From Endomicrobiales bacterium (lineage in GTDB: Bacteria; Elusimicrobiota; Endomicrobiia; Endomicrobiales; JALOBY01): a DNA stretch of 64,000 bases. The stretch lies in the NCBI GenBank assembly GCA_963796955.1, contig CAWCNJ010000004.1, forward strand, positions 320,001 to 384,000, in the 5' to 3' direction. This document shows positions 60,056 to 64,000 of this stretch, piece by piece. The position numbers were made by a program, and so were the translations under genes. Numbering within the stretch: position 1 is the first letter of the stretch; every line of letters begins with the position of its first letter. The notes beneath the pieces are model-generated. The model saw nothing but the letters and a program-made list of their open reading frames with translations. It was not told where the DNA came from and did not search any database.

Positions 60056-61301
60056 AGCAGCAAAAGCACATAAACAACACCCATCAATAACAGCGGCCGC
60101 AAAAAGCGAGAAGCTTTCCGCCTCATTTATCAGCAAGGGTGTGGCGGATGGTACCATCGTTATACCGCGCAACCGCAACCGCAAATTAAAACGCGTCGTC
60201 GGCGTCGGCAAGGGCCTTGTTTCCAAGGTCAACGCCAATATCGGCTCATCACCAAAACATATTTCAATAGAAAAAGAACGCCAAAAGCTGCAGGCGGCCA
60301 TCTCTGCGGGCGCTGATGCTGTTATGGACCTTTCCACCGGCGGCGACTTGAAAAAGATACGCCGTATGGTGCTGGACGAATGCCCCGTGCAGGTCGGCAC
60401 CGTGCCGCTGTACCAGGTTTCCTGCGAGACGATGAAACGCGGGAAAGGTCTTTCGGACCTTGACGGTGAACATTTATTCGACGTTATAGAGCAGCAGGCC
60501 GAAGAGGGCGTTGATTTTGTGACCGTGCACTGCGGCATAACGAAGCGTACCGTGCAGGCATTGCACAGCCGCAAGCGCCTGGTCGGTGTTGTCAGCCGCG
60601 GCGGCTCTATGCTCAGCAAATGGATACTGGCTACCAAAAAAGAAAATCCGCTCTTTGAGCAGTTCGACCGGCTGCTGGCCATAGCAAAAAAACATGACAT
60701 GACCTTAAGCCTCGGCGACGGACTGCGCCCGGGCTGCCTCGCGGATGCTAATGATGCCGGACAGCTTTCAGAATTGTCGGTGCTTGGCGATCTTGTGCTG
60801 CGCTGCCGTAAGGCCGGTGTGCAGGCTATGGTAGAAGGCCCCGGTCACATGCAGCTGAATTATATCGCCGACCATGTTAAAGCTGCCAAGAAAGTAATGC
60901 ACGGCGCGCCGTATTATCTTCTTGGGCCACTGGTATGCGATGTCGCTGCCGGCTACGATCATATAACCGGTGCCATAGGCGGCGCTATAGCCGGCGCCGC
61001 TGGAGCCGACTTTTTGTGTTACGTTACACCCGCGGAGCACCTGCGGCTGCCTAACGCCGACGATGTTTATCAGGGAGTGATCGCCAGCCGTATAGCGGGA
61101 CACGCTGCCGACATTGTTAAATATGGACAGAAAGCCCGTCAGTGGGATGATACCTTTTCAAAACACCGCAAGGCCTTCAACTGGAAAGCCATGGGAAAGC
61201 TGGCTTTGGACCCGATAAAATTCAATAAAGAAAAAGAAGTTATAGTAGGCGAAGGCGCGGAAGTTTGTACGATGTGCGGCGAATTTTGCGCGATGAAGTA
61301 A
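60027..61301 (+). CDS. thiC: Phosphomethylpyrimidine synthase, short type
   Basis: KVNANIG, MDLSTGG, VSRGGS, LSLGDGLRPG, EGPGH, YVTPAEHL, CTMCGEFC. Confidence 0.88.
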   Translation: MKTKALTLVEAAKAHKQHPSITAAAKSEKLSASFISKGVADGTIVIPRNRNRKLKRVVGVGKGLVSKVNANIGSSPKHISIEKERQKLQAAISAGADAVMDLSTGGDLKKIRRMVLDECPVQVGTVPLYQVSCETMKRGKGLSDLDGEHLFDVIEQQAEEGVDFVTVHCGITKRTVQALHSRKRLVGVVSRGGSMLSKWILATKKENPLFEQFDRLLAIAKKHDMTLSLGDGLRPGCLADANDAGQLSELSVLGDLVLRCRKAGVQAMVEGPGHMQLNYIADHVKAAKKVMHGAPYYLLGPLVCDVAAGYDHITGAIGGAIAGAAGADFLCYVTPAEHLRLPNADDVYQGVIASRIAGHAADIVKYGQKARQWDDTFSKHRKAFNWKAMGKLALDPIKFNKEKEVIVGEGAEVCTMCGEFCAMK

Positions 61302-61309
61302 ATTGAAAC

Positions 61310-61606
61310 GGTCGTACATTTCGGCCATCTTTCGGATTCACACTTTCAGAACGGCCTCCTGAGACTGCGTCTCATAGCGGAGGCCTCTAGAACCAACACA
61401 CTCTGAAAGTGTTCACCCGAAAATAGCCTCGTGTACGCCGCATTAAGAACAACTGCTGTTCTGTCAACGAAAAACCGCTATGTACGAGGGTATTTTCGGG
61501 GAGCATTTTCAGAGTGTGTCGCCTCTCGAGGCCCTCGTCATGAGACGCAGTCTCAGAGGGCCGTTCTGAAAATGCGAGTCGAAAGATACCCGAGATGCAT
61601 AGCACC
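61310..61606. repeat. About 297-nt imperfect inverted repeat (rod-like hairpin)
   Basis: Paired blocks TTCAGAACGGCC/GGCCGTTCTGAA, CTGAGACTGCGTCTCAT/ATGAGACGCAGTCTCAG, ACACACTCTGAAA/TTTCAGAGTGTGT, CCCGAAAATA/TATTTTCGGG. Confidence 0.9.
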
Positions 61607-61620
61607 TTAAGGGAAAAAGT

Positions 61621-62250
61621 ATGAATATAGTGTGTTTAGACCTTGAAGGTGTGTTAGTGCCTGAGATATGGATAGCTTTCTCTGAAAAAACAGGGATTGC
61701 CTCCTTGCGGGCGACGACCAGGGACATCCCTGATTATGATGTTCTTATGAGACAGCGTTTAAAGATACTGAAAGAAAATAACCTTAAGCTGAAAGATATT
61801 CAGGACGTGATCGGTACGTTGAAGCCGCTTGATGGGGCGCTGGATTTCATTAACTGGCTTAGAGAGCGCTTTCAGGTGGCGATATTATCAGATACATTCG
61901 ATGAATTTGCTTTGCCGTTAATGCGCCAGCTTGGCTACCCGATGTTGTTGTGCCATCGACTGGAGATCGACAGTAACGGTATGGTAGCAGGTTACTGTCT
62001 GAGGCAAAAAGAGGCCAAACGCGAATCGGTCAAAGCTTTCAAGAGCCTGAAGTACCAGGTGATCGCCGCAGGCGATTCTTATAATGATACGGCTATGCTT
62101 TCAGAGGCGCACGCGGGGATACTGTTTAAACCTCCCCAGAACGTGATAAACGATTTTCCTCAATTTCCGGTAACAAAGAGCTACGCGGAACTGCAGGATA
62201 CTTTGCTGAAAACTCAAAAACGCTTAAGTGAGGGTAGCATATGCCTTTAG
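61621..62250 (+). CDS. thrH: Phosphoserine phosphatase/homoserine phosphotransferase
   Basis: CLDLEGVLVPEIW, TTRDIPDYDVLM, ILSDTF, GDSYND. Confidence 0.94.
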   Translation: MNIVCLDLEGVLVPEIWIAFSEKTGIASLRATTRDIPDYDVLMRQRLKILKENNLKLKDIQDVIGTLKPLDGALDFINWLRERFQVAILSDTFDEFALPLMRQLGYPMLLCHRLEIDSNGMVAGYCLRQKEAKRESVKAFKSLKYQVIAAGDSYNDTAMLSEAHAGILFKPPQNVINDFPQFPVTKSYAELQDTLLKTQKRLSEGSICL

Positions 62251-63473
62251 TGGTCATGAAGTTCGGTGGTTCATCGGTAGCGAACGCGGAGAAAATTCGC
62301 CACGTGGCCGGGCGCGTTATTGCCAAAAAGAAGGCCGGTAACAAAGTCGTCGTAGTGGTTTCGGCACCAGGCGACATGACCGACGATCTGATAACAATGT
62401 CCGAGGGCGTGACGGATTCACCCGACGAACGTGAGATGGATATGCTGCTCGCCACAGGTGAACAGGTTTCTATAGCGTTGTTGTCCATGGCCATTAAACA
62501 CATCGGCGGCAAAGCGATATCCCTTACGGGGCCGCAGGCGGGAATTTTCGCGGATGCCTCTCACACGAGAGCCCGCATTACCAGTATCGTGCCGACAAAG
62601 GTGCACCGTGAACTAAAGAAGGGAAATATAGTCATAGTAGCGGGTTTCCAGGGTTTGAACCCTAATGAAGATATCACGACGCTCGGCCGCGGAGGCTCTG
62701 ACCTTACCGCTGTCGCGCTCGCCGCCGCCCTTAAGGCGGACATGTGCGAGATATATACCGACGTTGAGGGCGTTTACACGACCGACCCGCGCGTTGTGCC
62801 TGAAGCGAGAAAGATAAATTACATTTCCTACGAAGAAATGCTGGAGATGGCGGGCCAGGGCGCGCAGGTAATGCAGGGTCGCAGCGTGGAGGTAGGTAAA
62901 AAATACGGGATAGAGATACATGTACGTTCCACGTTCTCAGACAACAACGGCACAATAATAACGACAGAAGAGATCGCCCGGAGGAAGAATATGGAAGAAG
63001 TCGTCGTTTCATCAATAGCGTTCGATAAAAATCAGGTTAAGCTCTCTATCGTTGAAGTGCCCGACCGCCCCGGAATAGCCGCCAAGGTGTTCGGCGCGAT
63101 GGCAAAAGGCAACGTCAACGTAGACATGATAGTACAGTCCGCCGCAGCCGACCGCACGAACGACATTTCCTTCACGGTAAACCGCAGCGAGCTGAAAAAA
63201 GCCATGCCGATACTTGAAAAAGCGCAAAAAGAGCTCGGCGCCAAAGAAATACTGAGCGAGGATAAAGTTGCAAAACTCTCTATAATCGGCGTAGGCATGC
63301 GCAGCCACCCCGGCGTTGCCGCAAAAATGTTCGAGACCCTTGCCGATGAAGGCATCAACATAGAGATGATCTCCACCAGCGAGATCAAAGTAGCCTGCGT
63401 AGTCCGGGAAGATCAGCTCCACGACGCCGTAAAAGCGCTGCATAAGGCCTACGGCCTGGATAAAAAGAAATAA
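62241..63473 (+). CDS. lysC: Aspartate kinase
   Basis: KFGGSSV, TLGRGGSD, TDVEGVYTTDP, two ACT domains. Confidence 0.96.
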   Translation: MPLVVMKFGGSSVANAEKIRHVAGRVIAKKKAGNKVVVVVSAPGDMTDDLITMSEGVTDSPDEREMDMLLATGEQVSIALLSMAIKHIGGKAISLTGPQAGIFADASHTRARITSIVPTKVHRELKKGNIVIVAGFQGLNPNEDITTLGRGGSDLTAVALAAALKADMCEIYTDVEGVYTTDPRVVPEARKINYISYEEMLEMAGQGAQVMQGRSVEVGKKYGIEIHVRSTFSDNNGTIITTEEIARRKNMEEVVVSSIAFDKNQVKLSIVEVPDRPGIAAKVFGAMAKGNVNVDMIVQSAAADRTNDISFTVNRSELKKAMPILEKAQKELGAKEILSEDKVAKLSIIGVGMRSHPGVAAKMFETLADEGINIEMISTSEIKVACVVREDQLHDAVKALHKAYGLDKKK

Positions 63474-63475
63474 GA

Positions 63476-64000
63476 ATGAAAAAAATACAGTTGTTCGATA
63501 CGACGTTGCGGGATGGTGCACAATCCGCGGGGATATCTTTTTCCATCGAAGATAAACTTAAGATCGCGAAGGCGCTTGATGCTTTCGGGATGGATTATAT
63601 CGAAGGCGGCTGGCCGATGGCCAGCGCCAATGTTGAACAATTTTTCAGGGAAGCCGCCAAAATTAAATTCGGTCATTCAAAACTGGTGGCATTCGGTTCT
63701 ACGCGGCATAAGGCGAACAAGGCGCACAACGATCCGAATTTGAAGTCCATAGTGGCTTCAAAGGTAAAGGTGGCCTGCATATTCGGAAAGACGTGGGCCT
63801 TGCACGTGGAACACGCCCTGCATTCGACGCTTGACGATAATTTAAAGATGATCTCGGAGAGCGTCGCGTATTTGCGTTCGAAAGGTCTGAAAGTTGTTTA
63901 TGACGCCGAGCACTTTTTTGACGGATATCTGGATAACCCTGATTATGCCATGGCGACACTGAAGGCAGCGGCAGACGCCGGCGCCTTTAATTTAACGCTG
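63476..64000 (+). CDS. cimA: Citramalate synthase (3' truncated by window edge; absent from the ORF track)
   Basis: Manual translation MKKIQLFDTTLRDGAQ...YIEGGWP...AFGSTR...IFGKTW..HV...YDAEHFFDGY. Confidence 0.9.
   Translation, partial: MKKIQLFDTTLRDGAQSAGISFSIEDKLKIAKALDAFGMDYIEGGWPMASANVEQFFREAAKIKFGHSKLVAFGSTRHKANKAHNDPNLKSIVASKVKVACIFGKTWALHVEHALHSTLDDNLKMISESVAYLRSKGLKVVYDAEHFFDGYLDNPDYAMATLKAAADAGAFNLTL

Noticed and set aside
61387..61727. Short minus-strand ORFs across the long hairpin
   Set aside because: No recognisable motifs, one overlaps thrH, and the sequence is better explained by base pairing.
63513..63959. Short ORFs listed at the window end
   Set aside because: The region is occupied by cimA from 63476, running off the window.

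Overview
Window from a diderm, probably anaerobic bacterium; gene content and order suggest Elusimicrobiota, which is an inference only. 1-9.6 kb: outer-membrane proteins, an orphan 7TM-PAS histidine kinase, and an XRE-cupin-regulated operon encoding a degenerate M20-fold protein and two tandem acetate-kinase homologues, one apparently catalytically dead. 9.6-15.5 kb: a partly lower-GC accessory island with short junction motifs, a DUF5343-like + Swt1-HEPN pair, a GIY-YIG-like gene, an intact IS3 element, an AlkZ-like gene and a four-helix-bundle gene. 15.5-41.3 kb: rubredoxin, Ku-LigD, a tatA-tatC-DUF362-polyferredoxin operon, DinG-like helicase, Uup, RND, MATE, RecQ, a class A PBP and an Hpt-REC/hybrid kinase pair. 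41.4-64 kb: housekeeping genes (rpsF-ssb-rpsR-rplI-dnaB-alr-mlaEFD-radA, aro genes, efp, accBC, gmhA, rfaE2, thiC, thrH, lysC, cimA). Best leads: (1) a Tat module whose TatC lacks the signal-binding Glu103 while both neighbouring substrates lack the second Arg of the twin-arginine motif; (2) the pseudoenzyme/AckA operon with three visible operator boxes; (3) a ~297-nt rod-like hairpin between thiC and thrH; (4) a purely synonymous duplicate gene end plus junction motifs in the island. No tRNA, rRNA or CRISPR array was recognised. All family calls come from motif recognition, not database searches.
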